Source: Candidatus Gottesmanbacteria bacterium
Lineage (GTDB): Bacteria > Patescibacteriota > Microgenomatia > UBA10105 > UBA927
Assembly: GCA_030679255.1 (NCBI GenBank)
Contig: JAUXTO010000022.1
Span: 128,915 to 192,914, forward strand
Direction: 5' to 3'
Length of the DNA: 64,000 bases
Made by a program: the position numbers and the translations under genes. Numbering within the stretch: position 1 is the stretch's first letter; each line of letters begins with the position of its first letter. The notes beneath the pieces were generated by a model. It was not told where the DNA came from and did not search any database. It was given only the letters and a program-made list of their open reading frames with translations. Of the stretch, positions 10,761-19,934 are shown one piece after another.

Positions 10761-10861
10761 ATGCGGAGATTACTCTCATTGTATTATGGCAAATCGACTC
10801 CCCGAAAACAACGGAAATATACAAGAATTTTGAAGCTAAATAGAGGAACAACACATGAGGC

Positions 10862-11350
10862 TTAGTCGTCAAGCGCTTGATTGACGAAATAATCCGCCCG
10901 GGTATTCTGTTCCCTGGGTACATACGAATAAGTCACTACTCCCCCAACCTCTTGTTCGAGAATACGAACGTCAAAAAAAAGCTTTTTCAGATGCGGATCT
11001 TTTACCTGAAAGTTTCCATTCAGTTGCTGCACCACGAGATTTGAGTCAAGAAAAAATTGTATTTCAAAATTTCTATCTGCTTGGTCATTGGTCATTGTGA
11101 TTTGTGATTTGAGATTTCGTAGTGCTTCCAGCACCGCGGTGTATTCCGCTACATTATTCGTCGTCTCCCCTATCCTCTTCCCAAACTCTGTAACGAGGAC
11201 TTTTGACTTTCCCGCCTGCAACGCTATGCGTAGCATTGCGGGCAGGTGACTTTCGACTTTCGACTCTTCCTCTCTTTCTATCACCACCCCCACCGCCGCC
11301 GGTCCCGGGTTCCCCCTCGCTCCCCCATCAGTATGTACGATTAGTTTCAT
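10862..11350 (-). CDS. rnhA: Ribonuclease HI carrying repeat-derived insertions
   Basis: TDGGARGNPGPAA, TNNVAEY, DSNLVVQQLNG, VPREQN..AD. Confidence 0.93.
   Translation of the reverse strand: MKLIVHTDGGARGNPGPAAVGVVIEREEESKVESHLPAMLRIALQAGKSKVLVTEFGKRIGETTNNVAEYTAVLEALRNLKSQITMTNDQADRNFEIQFFLDSNLVVQQLNGNFQVKDPHLKKLFFDVRILEQEVGGVVTYSYVPREQNTRADYFVNQALDD
11211..11246. repeat. 36-bp palindromic element in-frame in rnhA
   Basis: Reverse copy of the 5133 family; encodes LPAMLRIALQAG. Confidence 0.92.
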
Positions 11351-11351
11351 A

Positions 11352-11483
11352 AATTCCAAGCATCAAGCACCAAATTCCAAACAAACTAATACAAGCACTA
11401 CTGTACAAAACAATTAATTATTGTTTGCCTTCCTTTGGAGCTTTGAATTTGTTTGGTGTTTGGTGCTTGTTATTTGGCGCTTG
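11352..11483. repeat. Inverted pair of heptamer tandem arrays
   Basis: AAATTCC AAGCATC AAGCACC AAATTCC AAACAAA versus TTTGTTT GGTGTTT GGTGCTT GTTATTT GGCGCTT. Confidence 0.75.
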
Positions 11484-12788
11484 AACATTGTGCCTATCGG
11501 TATCTATGGTACGAAATAACGACCAGAGATAACCAGCGGATAGTAATAGCACCAACCCTTCACTCCCGACCGTAATCCATGCCGCTCCGATAGCCCCGAA
11601 TGTTGGAATGACCAAGATATCTAATAGTACCGTGACTATCATCAAACTTCCATAGATCACTGCTAAAACGATTTGTTTTCCAAGGGCGATAAGCGCCCAC
11701 ATCATGAGACTCGAAAGAAAAAAGAACGGCAATCCCAGGGTCAGCACGCGCAAGAGGGGAATACTCTCAGTAAACTCCGGACGGATGACAGCGAGGAGGG
11801 GAGCAGCTAACCAAAATGTGAGACATAAGACGACGGACATAAGACATAAGATGATACAGGATTTTTTCAATAGTTTCTTCGTTTCATAGGTCCTACGTCC
11901 TACGTCCTGCGTCATTTGTTTAACGAGGAGTAGGGGATACACCGCGTTCATAAAAAACGTCGGGAGCACGATGGGCAACTCAAACACTTTATACGCGAGT
12001 CCATAGAGTCCTACTTCGGCAGTGGACCGGGTCAGCGCCAGGACAAAACTGTCAATCCGAAAGTACACTTGATTAAAGAGTAACGTGATTCCCAAAGGAA
12101 GGGATGCCATAAAAAGTATTTTCGCGGTTTTTCGATCAAAGGAGATTTGAGCATGGCGTTCAAGGTGGCGAACAAATATGAACGAAACCATTCCGGTCAC
12201 ACTCAACCCAACGAGCAGTGACGTCGTCACGCCGAGGATTCCAATGCGGGATGATAATCCGTAGATAGTAAACGCAACGAGGGCCACCGTCACGATGTTG
12301 CCGGCGGCGATGGCCAAACTTGCCAAGTCATACCGCAAATGTTTCTGAAATATCGCATTTGCCGATACAATCAATCCTTGGATGAGAATAGTAGGGGAGA
12401 AGAGAATAATGCCCAAGCGGACCAGTCCTGTAAATCCTTGGGTGTCGCGTTGGGGGAGAAACGACAAGATTGCGATTGCAACAAACATGAGGACGATACC
12501 ACCCGCGACCCGCATCCCCAAGAGCGTCGCCCAATCCGCCTTCCCGTTTACTGTTTTTTGTTTATTGTTTCCTGTCTGCCTTCGCAGATACACGGCATTG
12601 AGTCCAAAATCAACGAGGAGATAAAAAAATGCGATAAACGTCGTGATCTTCGTAAAGTCCCCATACCCCTGTGCTCCAAATTCCCGAGCAATGAGGATAC
12701 TCACGAAAAACATCGCCCCACTCCCCACGACTTTTCCCACGAGCTGACTGCCGGTATTCCATGCAACATTCCATCTCATCGAAGACAT
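11418..12788 (-). CDS. Wzx-type polysaccharide flippase
   Basis: Multi-TM; IAREFGAQGYG, VDFGL, VYFRID, EVGLYGLAYK, IPTFGAIGAAW. Confidence 0.88.
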   Translation of the reverse strand: MSSMRWNVAWNTGSQLVGKVVGSGAMFFVSILIAREFGAQGYGDFTKITTFIAFFYLLVDFGLNAVYLRRQTGNNKQKTVNGKADWATLLGMRVAGGIVLMFVAIAILSFLPQRDTQGFTGLVRLGIILFSPTILIQGLIVSANAIFQKHLRYDLASLAIAAGNIVTVALVAFTIYGLSSRIGILGVTTSLLVGLSVTGMVSFIFVRHLERHAQISFDRKTAKILFMASLPLGITLLFNQVYFRIDSFVLALTRSTAEVGLYGLAYKVFELPIVLPTFFMNAVYPLLLVKQMTQDVGRRTYETKKLLKKSCIILCLMSVVLCLTFWLAAPLLAVIRPEFTESIPLLRVLTLGLPFFFLSSLMMWALIALGKQIVLAVIYGSLMIVTVLLDILVIPTFGAIGAAWITVGSEGLVLLLSAGYLWSLFRTIDTDRHNVQAPNNKHQTPNKFKAPKEGKQ

Positions 12789-12793
12789 ACTGG

Positions 12794-14224
12794 CTATTGT
12801 ACCTCAATTCGTCGATTTGTTACTTTGTTACTTTGTAAAACTACAATGCTCATCCCCACGAGCACCGTCAATAACAATTGACCCTGCTGGAGGGTGAGGG
12901 GATAGTGGTCGACGAGACCGAGGAGAAGGATACAAAAAAATGGGACAAAGTATATAGTATTTAGGTTAAACAATAATTCCTTTCTATTTTCCTTAATACG
13001 AAATACTAATCCCTTAATACTCTGCCAAATAAATATGACAATAAAAACAAAACCAACGACGCCGGTTTCTGCCAATACAAGAAGATAGATGTTGTGGACC
13101 GGCTGGAGAAAATAGATTGTCCGGGAGGGGAGTGCCTCCGGCAACCGCACGAGAAAATTTCCCAACCCCACACCAAAGAGGGGAGAGGCAGTCCATAATT
13201 TTATAGCTGCATTGTTCAGCTGCTGCCGGACCACAACGCTTTCCTCTTTTGGTGAAAAAGACCAAACCGCTAACACTAGAAAAAGAATAAAGGGGATAGT
13301 ATATAGTATATAGGCAAAAACTCTATTCATTTTCTTCCTAAATACTAAATACAATATACTAATCCCTATCCCAGCCCCTCCCACCACAATCGCGCTCCGG
13401 CTAAATGTCAGGAGAAGCGCAATTGCACCCAACACCAACGCCGTGGCGTGCAAGTATTTTATTCTTTGATTCATTGGACTCATCAGACTCATTGGACGCA
13501 TAAGACTCATACATAATAGCGGCAATACTGCCGCCAAAAACCCGCCCAGCACATTCGGGTGGGGGAATGTGGCATAAGGCCGGAGTCCAAAAAGTCGAAA
13601 GTCAAAAGTCGAAAGTCGAAAGTCGAAATCGTAACGCGCTATCCCCGGTGTGTCCACACCAAATGTCCTCTCACCGAGCCACCAGAGCGGCCCGCCGACG
13701 GAATGCTGGAGAAAAAATTGTGTAATGGCCAATATTGAAGAATAGAGAACGCCGACCGCTAGGGGAGTAATGACAAACGAAAGTTTTGGTTTCGTTCTTA
13801 CGATGTACAGTCCCAGTAAAATATACTCACAAACTTTTATCCATTTATACACGGCAACAGGAATATTTGTTGCAATAAAAATATTAATACCTACGAACGC
13901 CAGCACTGCCGCCAACCATACATGTTTTGTTTGAAGCTTTGGAATTTTGAACCTTGGAATTTGTTTGGGATTTGTCAGCCATAGGCTGATCAGCCTTTGG
14001 CTGAGGATTTGGGATTTGGTATTTCCTTGCGCCCCTTGAAAAAAGACTGACGCCAACCAGCATCCTGTAGTCAAAAACACAAGTAAGTCTGTCAAAAACA
14101 AGGTGGGCGCCAGGTAGTCCACCCTCCTCCCCAACACTCCCGCCCACTCCGGCCAGAAGTGCAGCCCAAGTTGGGTGGGGAGTAATGCTAAAAGAAGCCA
14201 AAAAAACTTTTGGTGCCACTTCAT
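12794..14224 (-). CDS. O-antigen ligase (Wzy_C) family protein
   Basis: RPYATFPHPNVLGG, TFSRSA, PLFGVGLGNF, PVHNIYL..LAETG. Confidence 0.88.
   Translation of the reverse strand: MKWHQKFFWLLLALLPTQLGLHFWPEWAGVLGRRVDYLAPTLFLTDLLVFLTTGCWLASVFFQGAQGNTKSQILSQRLISLWLTNPKQIPRFKIPKLQTKHVWLAAVLAFVGINIFIATNIPVAVYKWIKVCEYILLGLYIVRTKPKLSFVITPLAVGVLYSSILAITQFFLQHSVGGPLWWLGERTFGVDTPGIARYDFDFRLSTFDFRLFGLRPYATFPHPNVLGGFLAAVLPLLCMSLMRPMSLMSPMNQRIKYLHATALVLGAIALLLTFSRSAIVVGGAGIGISILYLVFRKKMNRVFAYILYTIPFILFLVLAVWSFSPKEESVVVRQQLNNAAIKLWTASPLFGVGLGNFLVRLPEALPSRTIYFLQPVHNIYLLVLAETGVVGFVFIVIFIWQSIKGLVFRIKENRKELLFNLNTIYFVPFFCILLLGLVDHYPLTLQQGQLLLTVLVGMSIVVLQSNKVTNRRIEVQ
13975..14004. repeat. 30-bp palindrome in-frame in the O-antigen ligase gene
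   Basis: TCAGCCATAGGCTGATCAGCCTTTGGCTGA, one mismatch from perfect, inside a heptamer array. Confidence 0.85.
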
Positions 14225-14991
14225 GAAGGAACGATGGGAAGATGGTGCTTAAAATTATTCTCCTTCATCCGTTTCACCACCTTGCCAACGGTGGTATGAT
14301 CATATCCCTTTGCAACCACTTCATCAATCGACTTTTTCTCGTCCACAATCATTCTTAAAATTGCATCCGCCTCTTTATAGCTAAACCCAAACTCTCCTTC
14401 ATCCGTCTGGCCTTCCCAAAGGCCTGCCGTCGGGGCTTTCGTAATGACCTGATCCGGTAATCGTAACACTCGAGCCAGCTCATACACATCTGTTTTATAT
14501 AAGTTCCGTATGGGTTCGATGTCACTTGCCTCATCGCCAAAGCGCGTAAAGTAACCAAGGAGATGTTCCGTCTTATTTTCTGTACCGACGACTAAGGCAT
14601 CGTGTTTCTTCGCGTGGTCGTAAAGAAGTATCATCCGCACCCGCGCCATCACATTGCCTCGGCGAATGTTGTCCATCAAAGGATCCAGGGCAACAATCGG
14701 ATCAACCAGCGGCTGGATATTAATAATAGATACATTATTCTTTGGAATTTCCAACGTTTGTATGACCAGCTTTGCATCCGCGACCCCCTGATCGTTGAGG
14801 ATTCCATATGGCAGGAGTAGGGGATAAACATTATATTTTCCCAACGCCCGGACTGCTAACGCACAACTCACACTCGAATCAATCCCACCGGAAAACGCAA
14901 TCACCGCCCGCAAAAAACCGGCTGTCTGAAATGATGATCGGAGAAACTGAATCAGATTTTTTGTGACACGATGAGGATTAATGGTTTTCAT
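14221..14991 (-). CDS. nadE: NH3-dependent NAD+ synthetase
   Basis: SGGIDS, GNVMARVRM, GTENKTE, GYFTRFGD, KAPTAGLW.GQTDE. Confidence 0.95.
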   Translation of the reverse strand: MKTINPHRVTKNLIQFLRSSFQTAGFLRAVIAFSGGIDSSVSCALAVRALGKYNVYPLLLPYGILNDQGVADAKLVIQTLEIPKNNVSIINIQPLVDPIVALDPLMDNIRRGNVMARVRMILLYDHAKKHDALVVGTENKTEHLLGYFTRFGDEASDIEPIRNLYKTDVYELARVLRLPDQVITKAPTAGLWEGQTDEGEFGFSYKEADAILRMIVDEKKSIDEVVAKGYDHTTVGKVVKRMKENNFKHHLPIVPS

Positions 14992-15517
14992 ACTTTGATA
15001 ATTCACTCAAATTATCAGGCAAGTGATCAATCCCACCAAACTCTTTGATAGCAATTGATTTTATTCGTCTTTTTATCTCTGGCTTTATGAAGGTTATCGT
15101 CATTTCTTTTTCTCCGCCGATACTCTCACAATCGTCTTCAATTAAAATATCCGGTGCAATCTTTTCGGCTATTTGGGCGTAACTTTCTCCTTTTTTGCGA
15201 TGATAAATTTTCCCTTTTGGGAAAGCGTATCTATCCAAAATTTCTAAATCAGCTTTCACACCTTCTTTGCCGGCTACTTCATCACCTCTCGCTTTTATAT
15301 TCTCGGTTAACGCACTGAGATAAAAAATCTCTGCGCCTTGTTCAGCCCACCTTTTTAACTTCCCTACAGCATGACCGATAGGAACATACGCATGAAAATC
15401 ACGAACGGATTCTCCCTGATCCTTTACTTGTCTGATAATTTGTTCACGGGTTTTGCCAATAGCACTTTTGTGCATCAGCAGTGTGCCTTGGAGAAACAGT
15501 AAAATCTTCATATACAA
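14978..15517 (-). CDS. Hypothetical protein, possibly a degenerate HAD-like fold
   Basis: LLFLQGT where motif I would be, YLS, PDILIEDD. Confidence 0.55.
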   Translation of the reverse strand: MYMKILLFLQGTLLMHKSAIGKTREQIIRQVKDQGESVRDFHAYVPIGHAVGKLKRWAEQGAEIFYLSALTENIKARGDEVAGKEGVKADLEILDRYAFPKGKIYHRKKGESYAQIAEKIAPDILIEDDCESIGGEKEMTITFIKPEIKRRIKSIAIKEFGGIDHLPDNLSELSKYENH

Positions 15518-15731
15518 AGCTCTATGAAAATGGAAAATGCAATTATCGAAGACTCACTCTCTGCAATAGAGAGCTTTTTAGTCGAAGCTCGGAGTCATAC
15601 GGCAGATTTTTTTTCACAAACTCTATCGCCCTTTTCTCGGCTTTATCTACTAATTTTACCAATCTATGATATTCCTTGCCTTCCTCTCGTCTGGATTTCA
15701 TATCTATATGTAGAGTAGCACGTAGTATGCG

Positions 15732-16373
15732 TTAGTCAATACGGCAATGGTACGTAGCAGTGAGAATGCGTTTTAATTCTGGCAACGCAAATGCTCCGAT
15801 TATCTGCGAGTTTGCTTGCATCGCTCTCATAATCTGTGCCACTTGATCTTTAGAAAACTGATGACTACATTTGGATACGATACGAATAATTGTATTTGTT
15901 GTTTCAAATGAGCTGCTCTCGCAAAGAGCATGAACAAGTGACTGTAAAGATTTTTTGTAGTATACAGTCTTCGGCTGGTAGTGTAGACCAATATGCGCAA
16001 CGGTAACGGCCAGCTCAAACAAATTATCCGTTGGCTCATTTCTGTATTGCAGCGCCTGATACTTATTGATAAATCCGTATGGATTTATGGTCTCAAGTTT
16101 GATTGGAATTATTTTCTTTTTCAAACACACGGCGTAACCTGTTTCCTGGTCAGTATACGAAGAATTCTTAAAACGTTCCGAAACAAGAGGGATAAAGAAG
16201 TCTGCGTTTCGTATGGCGTGAAGTATTTCTTTTTCCCAAATTTCAGACCCAAGAATGTCATCATGGGCGATAAATGTATCGTAACCGCAGTAACGAATCA
16301 ACAACTGTTTTAATCTTCCACCGATTTGCTTTTCCTCCGAGGAATAGCTGATAAACGCACGAGTTCGATCCAT
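15732..16373 (-). CDS. TIR-domain protein
   Basis: AFISYS, FIAHDDI, FIPLVS..F..S.YTDQE (putative catalytic Glu), IIPI. Confidence 0.9.
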   Translation of the reverse strand: MDRTRAFISYSSEEKQIGGRLKQLLIRYCGYDTFIAHDDILGSEIWEKEILHAIRNADFFIPLVSERFKNSSYTDQETGYAVCLKKKIIPIKLETINPYGFINKYQALQYRNEPTDNLFELAVTVAHIGLHYQPKTVYYKKSLQSLVHALCESSSFETTNTIIRIVSKCSHQFSKDQVAQIMRAMQANSQIIGAFALPELKRILTATYHCRID

Positions 16374-16482
16374 ATATAATTTCTTAGTCTTTCCTAAAAC
16401 TTAACAATCTTACCAGCCCAGACTCGCGTATTGGACATTTAGACCTGACCCACTTACTCCTCATTGATAGACTTCATAATGA

Positions 16483-17022
16483 TTACTTCAAAAGCTTCTT
16501 TACAGTCGTGGTTGTCGCCCCGTAGCACATTTTTAGATAGCTCAGGCCCTCCCGATGATCCTTATCGCTAAACGATTCAACACAATCCTCCAACACCACA
16601 ACCGTATAATTCTTCGCAAATGCATCGGCGCTGGTATGTCTCACACAAATATGGGTATGCTGCCCCACGAGAATCACCGTTTTGATTTCGTGTTGACGAA
16701 GCAACAAATCAAGACCGGTCTCATAAAATGCACTATAGGTGCGCTTACCAAGCACGATGTCTCCCTGTTTTGGATCGAGTTCTTTTATCACTTGAGCACC
16801 GGGACTACCGGCAAGCGCATGGGTGCCCCACACCTTTTCCTCCGGATCGCCTGGTAAATGTGCATCATTGGCATATACCACAAGCCAGTCCTTTGCCCTT
16901 GCAAACTCAAGAAGCTTGGCAATGTTGGGAATAATTCGTTTGGCCCGGTCATTTTTCAGCGCTCCATAAACGAAATCTTCAAGCATGTCTATGACAACCA
17001 CTGCATATTTATTTCTTACCAT
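16483..17022 (-). CDS. pncA: Isochorismatase-family cysteine hydrolase, likely nicotinamidase
   Basis: VIDMLEDF, DAH, KRTYSAF, THICVRHT; adjacent to NAPRTase. Confidence 0.82.
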   Translation of the reverse strand: MVRNKYAVVVIDMLEDFVYGALKNDRAKRIIPNIAKLLEFARAKDWLVVYANDAHLPGDPEEKVWGTHALAGSPGAQVIKELDPKQGDIVLGKRTYSAFYETGLDLLLRQHEIKTVILVGQHTHICVRHTSADAFAKNYTVVVLEDCVESFSDKDHREGLSYLKMCYGATTTTVKKLLK

Positions 17023-17028
17023 AGTTTT

Positions 17029-18093
17029 TCAGCTAAAATTATTTACTTTCATGCGGCTGTTTACCTGATAACTTCTCCCAGCCTTGGCAATCCTTTTTCC
17101 ATTAACTTTGACAATGTCCGCCGTAAAATCGTTGTTCCCATGCACAAGTGCCGACCCCACGCCATATCCATCCACCGGCGTCTTTTCTTTCTCAAACATC
17201 CGTACCTTCTCCTCGGTAAATCCTCCGGACACGAGTATTTTAACATGGCCGTATCCATTGTCGTTGAGTGCTTTCCGAACGAGCATAACCAACGTCGGAT
17301 TAACCCCAAACATATTTTTTGTATTTTTACTCAATGATTTATCAACCATATTGCCCGCAGTATCCAGTCGTACGCCCCACAACTTTTTCCCAAGGGCTTT
17401 GGCCACCGCCAGCGAGGAACCCACGCAATCGTTATCAAAATCAACAAGGGCAACAATGTTCACACCACGAATATGTTTAGCAAACAATTCTGCTGCCTTC
17501 ACCGTACTACCATCATTGACTGCAATGAGTGCATGGGGGATAGTGCCGACGGGAATTCCGTTCCACCGTGATGCGTGGGCAACCGTGCACACGCCCGCCG
17601 CACCCCCGATGTGCGCCGCGTACCCATCACCTTCCTGATTATGGAAATCATCAAACCGGTCGGCAAAGAAAAACACCGGTTTGCCGTTCGCGGCTTCTAT
17701 AACGCAGCGCGTGTTGGTCGCCACCATCGTGCGCCGTGCGAGGATGCCCAAGTATAATGATTCAAGATGAGCAAAATACAAATATGAACCGGTAACGTGC
17801 ATTATCGGCTCTCGATTACCAATGGTATCGCCATCGGAAAGCGCGGATACAGTAAGTGTTTGGTTTTTTGAAACCCATCGGGCTCCCCGCCACATCCCCG
17901 CTCCTACACGAAGAAGCTCTCCTACCTCATCCACACCACATAAAACACTGTTCTCGTTTCTCTGAAATATCTGCATTGTCACAACGGTCGTATCGCCTTC
18001 CCGCTCGAGGATATATTTGGTCCGGTTGAAGTACGTGGCACTATAGAATCCGCGCCGAATCCGCTCAATAGTTAGCTTATCCCAATACGTCAT
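17029..18093 (-). CDS. pncB: Nicotinate phosphoribosyltransferase
   Basis: GTIPHALI, LVDFDND, GVRLDT, VSGGF, YGVGS. Confidence 0.88.
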   Translation of the reverse strand: MTYWDKLTIERIRRGFYSATYFNRTKYILEREGDTTVVTMQIFQRNENSVLCGVDEVGELLRVGAGMWRGARWVSKNQTLTVSALSDGDTIGNREPIMHVTGSYLYFAHLESLYLGILARRTMVATNTRCVIEAANGKPVFFFADRFDDFHNQEGDGYAAHIGGAAGVCTVAHASRWNGIPVGTIPHALIAVNDGSTVKAAELFAKHIRGVNIVALVDFDNDCVGSSLAVAKALGKKLWGVRLDTAGNMVDKSLSKNTKNMFGVNPTLVMLVRKALNDNGYGHVKILVSGGFTEEKVRMFEKEKTPVDGYGVGSALVHGNNDFTADIVKVNGKRIAKAGRSYQVNSRMKVNNFS

Positions 18094-18449
18094 ACTTTTA
18101 TGGCAAATCCCGCATAGTCATCAGGGTTTTTCATCGAGAAAAAATGACATAACAATTGATCTATTTCTTGATTAGAAAGTTCGGAAGGTATCGCGATAAT
18201 TCCCGGCTTTCCCTTTTTGACGAGCTTCTTGAAGTCCTGATAATTGATGGTAACGACAAATCTGTCTGTTTCGATTGCTTTTTGATAGATTTCCCGATCT
18301 TCTGCTTGTGGAGACAAGCCACAATCGGCAACAGCATGGGCAAGGTTAGCCTTCTTGCTCAAACGTGGAAAGGATTGAGGTTTGGCAAAAGCTGAATCAA
18401 GCAATAATCTAAATTTTCGTTTAATTTTTGAAGTTTTATTTTTAGACAA
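18090..18449 (-). CDS. DUF5615 PIN-like toxin
   Basis: LLLD, EDREIY..A....R.VVT.N..DF, PGII; follows DUF433. Confidence 0.75.
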   Translation of the reverse strand: MSKNKTSKIKRKFRLLLDSAFAKPQSFPRLSKKANLAHAVADCGLSPQAEDREIYQKAIETDRFVVTINYQDFKKLVKKGKPGIIAIPSELSNQEIDQLLCHFFSMKNPDDYAGFAIKV

Positions 18450-18645
18450 GTTGCTGTTGATAGTAGGTAAATATCTGAAGTAAATCCTGTCTGGTTATAT
18501 CCAAATACGGATAGTCTTTTTTAAAGTCTTTTATTCCATACCCTTGAACATAAAGAGCCACAACACGAGCTACAGGAATTCTTGTTCCTGAAATTACGGG
18601 TTGTCCTCCTAATACATTGGGATTTGATTCAATAATCTTTGGCAT
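18442..18645 (-). CDS. DUF433 antitoxin
   Basis: NPNVLGGQPVISGTRIPV...DYP. Confidence 0.9.
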   Translation of the reverse strand: MPKIIESNPNVLGGQPVISGTRIPVARVVALYVQGYGIKDFKKDYPYLDITRQDLLQIFTYYQQQLV

Positions 18646-18654
18646 ACTGCGCGT

Positions 18655-18683
18655 AGTATAAAAAGCTTTTATTTATATGTCAA
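18655..18683 (-). promoter_or_regulatory. Sigma70 promoter for the DUF433 TA pair and downstream genes
   Basis: TTGACA-17-TATACT, 9 nt before ATG. Confidence 0.75.
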
Positions 18684-19243
18684 CTTCTATACAGCCCATG
18701 CTTCTTTATATATGTGGCAACAGCAGGAGGGACAAATGCGTCGATGGACAGTCCCTGCCGCGCGCGTTCCCGTATCTTGGTCGAAGATATATTGGAAATC
18801 ATGAGGGATGTGTGCTCAAGAAGGGTCATATTTTTGTACAACGGGGCATTGGCATACCCGCCCCGGGGGAATATAAGAAACGGAATCTGATTGAGAAGTT
18901 CTTCCCAGTGGCTCCACTTAGTGGTAAATCCCGGCAGCCAGTCCGCGCCCATGATAAAGGTATAGGAGTGTTTGGGTGGAAGATGGGGGAGCAGGTTAAT
19001 GGTATTGCCGTCAAGTTTGCGATCTATCTCCAGAGTAGATACAACCGTCCCGGACATCTTCAAATATTTCGTCATTGCGAGCCGGTCGGCGACTGGAGCC
19101 ACATGGGGTTTTGGGGGGTGCTGCCCGTAGTTGGGGAGAAACCAAATTTCTTCAATGTCTGTAAAGTCCAGTACCTGCCGGGCAATCATGAGGTGCCCGA
19201 GATGGGGGGGATTAAACACGCCGCCGAAGATACCAATTCTCAT
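18680..19243 (-). CDS. nadD: Nicotinate-nucleotide adenylyltransferase
   Basis: IGIFGGVFNPPHLGH, FIMGAD, ISSTKIR, YIKKHGLY. Confidence 0.95.
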   Translation of the reverse strand: MRIGIFGGVFNPPHLGHLMIARQVLDFTDIEEIWFLPNYGQHPPKPHVAPVADRLAMTKYLKMSGTVVSTLEIDRKLDGNTINLLPHLPPKHSYTFIMGADWLPGFTTKWSHWEELLNQIPFLIFPRGGYANAPLYKNMTLLEHTSLMISNISSTKIRERARQGLSIDAFVPPAVATYIKKHGLYRS

Positions 19244-19248
19244 ACATA

Positions 19249-19398
19249 CCAATACACAATATCCAATCCACAATTTCCAACAAGGTGGAGAAAGCTTTTT
19301 ATAAAATGCCTTTTTTCCATGTTGGACATTGGATATTGGACATTGGATATTAACTGTGATCTCTCCGCGTTGGTCATTGGGATTTGGTCATTGGACAT
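19249..19398. repeat. Inverted heptamer arrays between nadD and jag
   Basis: CCAATAC ACAATAT CCAATCC ACAATTT versus (TTGGACA TTGGATA)2 and TTGGTCA TTGGGAT TTGGTCA TTGGACA. Confidence 0.8.
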
Positions 19399-19402
19399 TT
19401 AT

Positions 19403-19855
19403 TTAAGCTCGTGGCTTCACGACCAACGTCCTATTCATTCCTTCGCCCACAGACTCGGTCGCGACCCGCTCATCGCCGCCCAACGTCATGTGGATGACGC
19501 GCCGCTCGCTGGGCGAGAGGTTCGGGAGCTCGACGGGTTTGCCAAAAGAGATTGCCCGCTCGGCAGCGCGTTGGGCCATAAGCATGAGCGTCTCTTCGCG
19601 CTTCTGCCGGTAGTCTCCGACGTTGACATACACTTTCACCCACGCTTCCAACTTTTTGGACACAATGATCGAGAGCAGGATCTGAAAACTTTCAAGTGTC
19701 CGCCCATGAAATCCAATGAGGAGTCCGGTTTCGTCCGTATCGATCTGCACCTGGTAGGCGCCGGTTTCATCCATGTCTACGCCGACGGTTCCCAGGACTT
19801 CCAGCCGCTTGAGTAAATCTTCCGCAATTGCTTTAACGTGATCGATAGGTTCCAT
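19403..19855 (-). CDS. jag: Jag/KhpB RNA-binding protein (KH + R3H)
   Basis: GLLIGFHGRTL, VNVGDYR, ERRVIH, TESVGEG. Confidence 0.92.
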   Translation of the reverse strand: MEPIDHVKAIAEDLLKRLEVLGTVGVDMDETGAYQVQIDTDETGLLIGFHGRTLESFQILLSIIVSKKLEAWVKVYVNVGDYRQKREETLMLMAQRAAERAISFGKPVELPNLSPSERRVIHMTLGGDERVATESVGEGMNRTLVVKPRA

Positions 19856-19862
19856 GTGATTT

Positions 19863-19934
19863 CAGTATTTAGGAATTAGTATAAAGTATTCAGGAGTATA
19901 TTTTTGTATTTCCTATATACTAGATACTCTATAC
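19863..19934. repeat. Inverted TAGTATA-type heptamer arrays with no enclosed gene
   Basis: CAGTATT TAGGAAT TAGTATA AAGTATT ... TCCTATA TACTAGA TACTCTA. Confidence 0.75.

Noticed and set aside
18677-19816. 379-aa plus-strand ORF
   Set aside because: Antisense to nadD and jag and runs through repeats; shadow ORF
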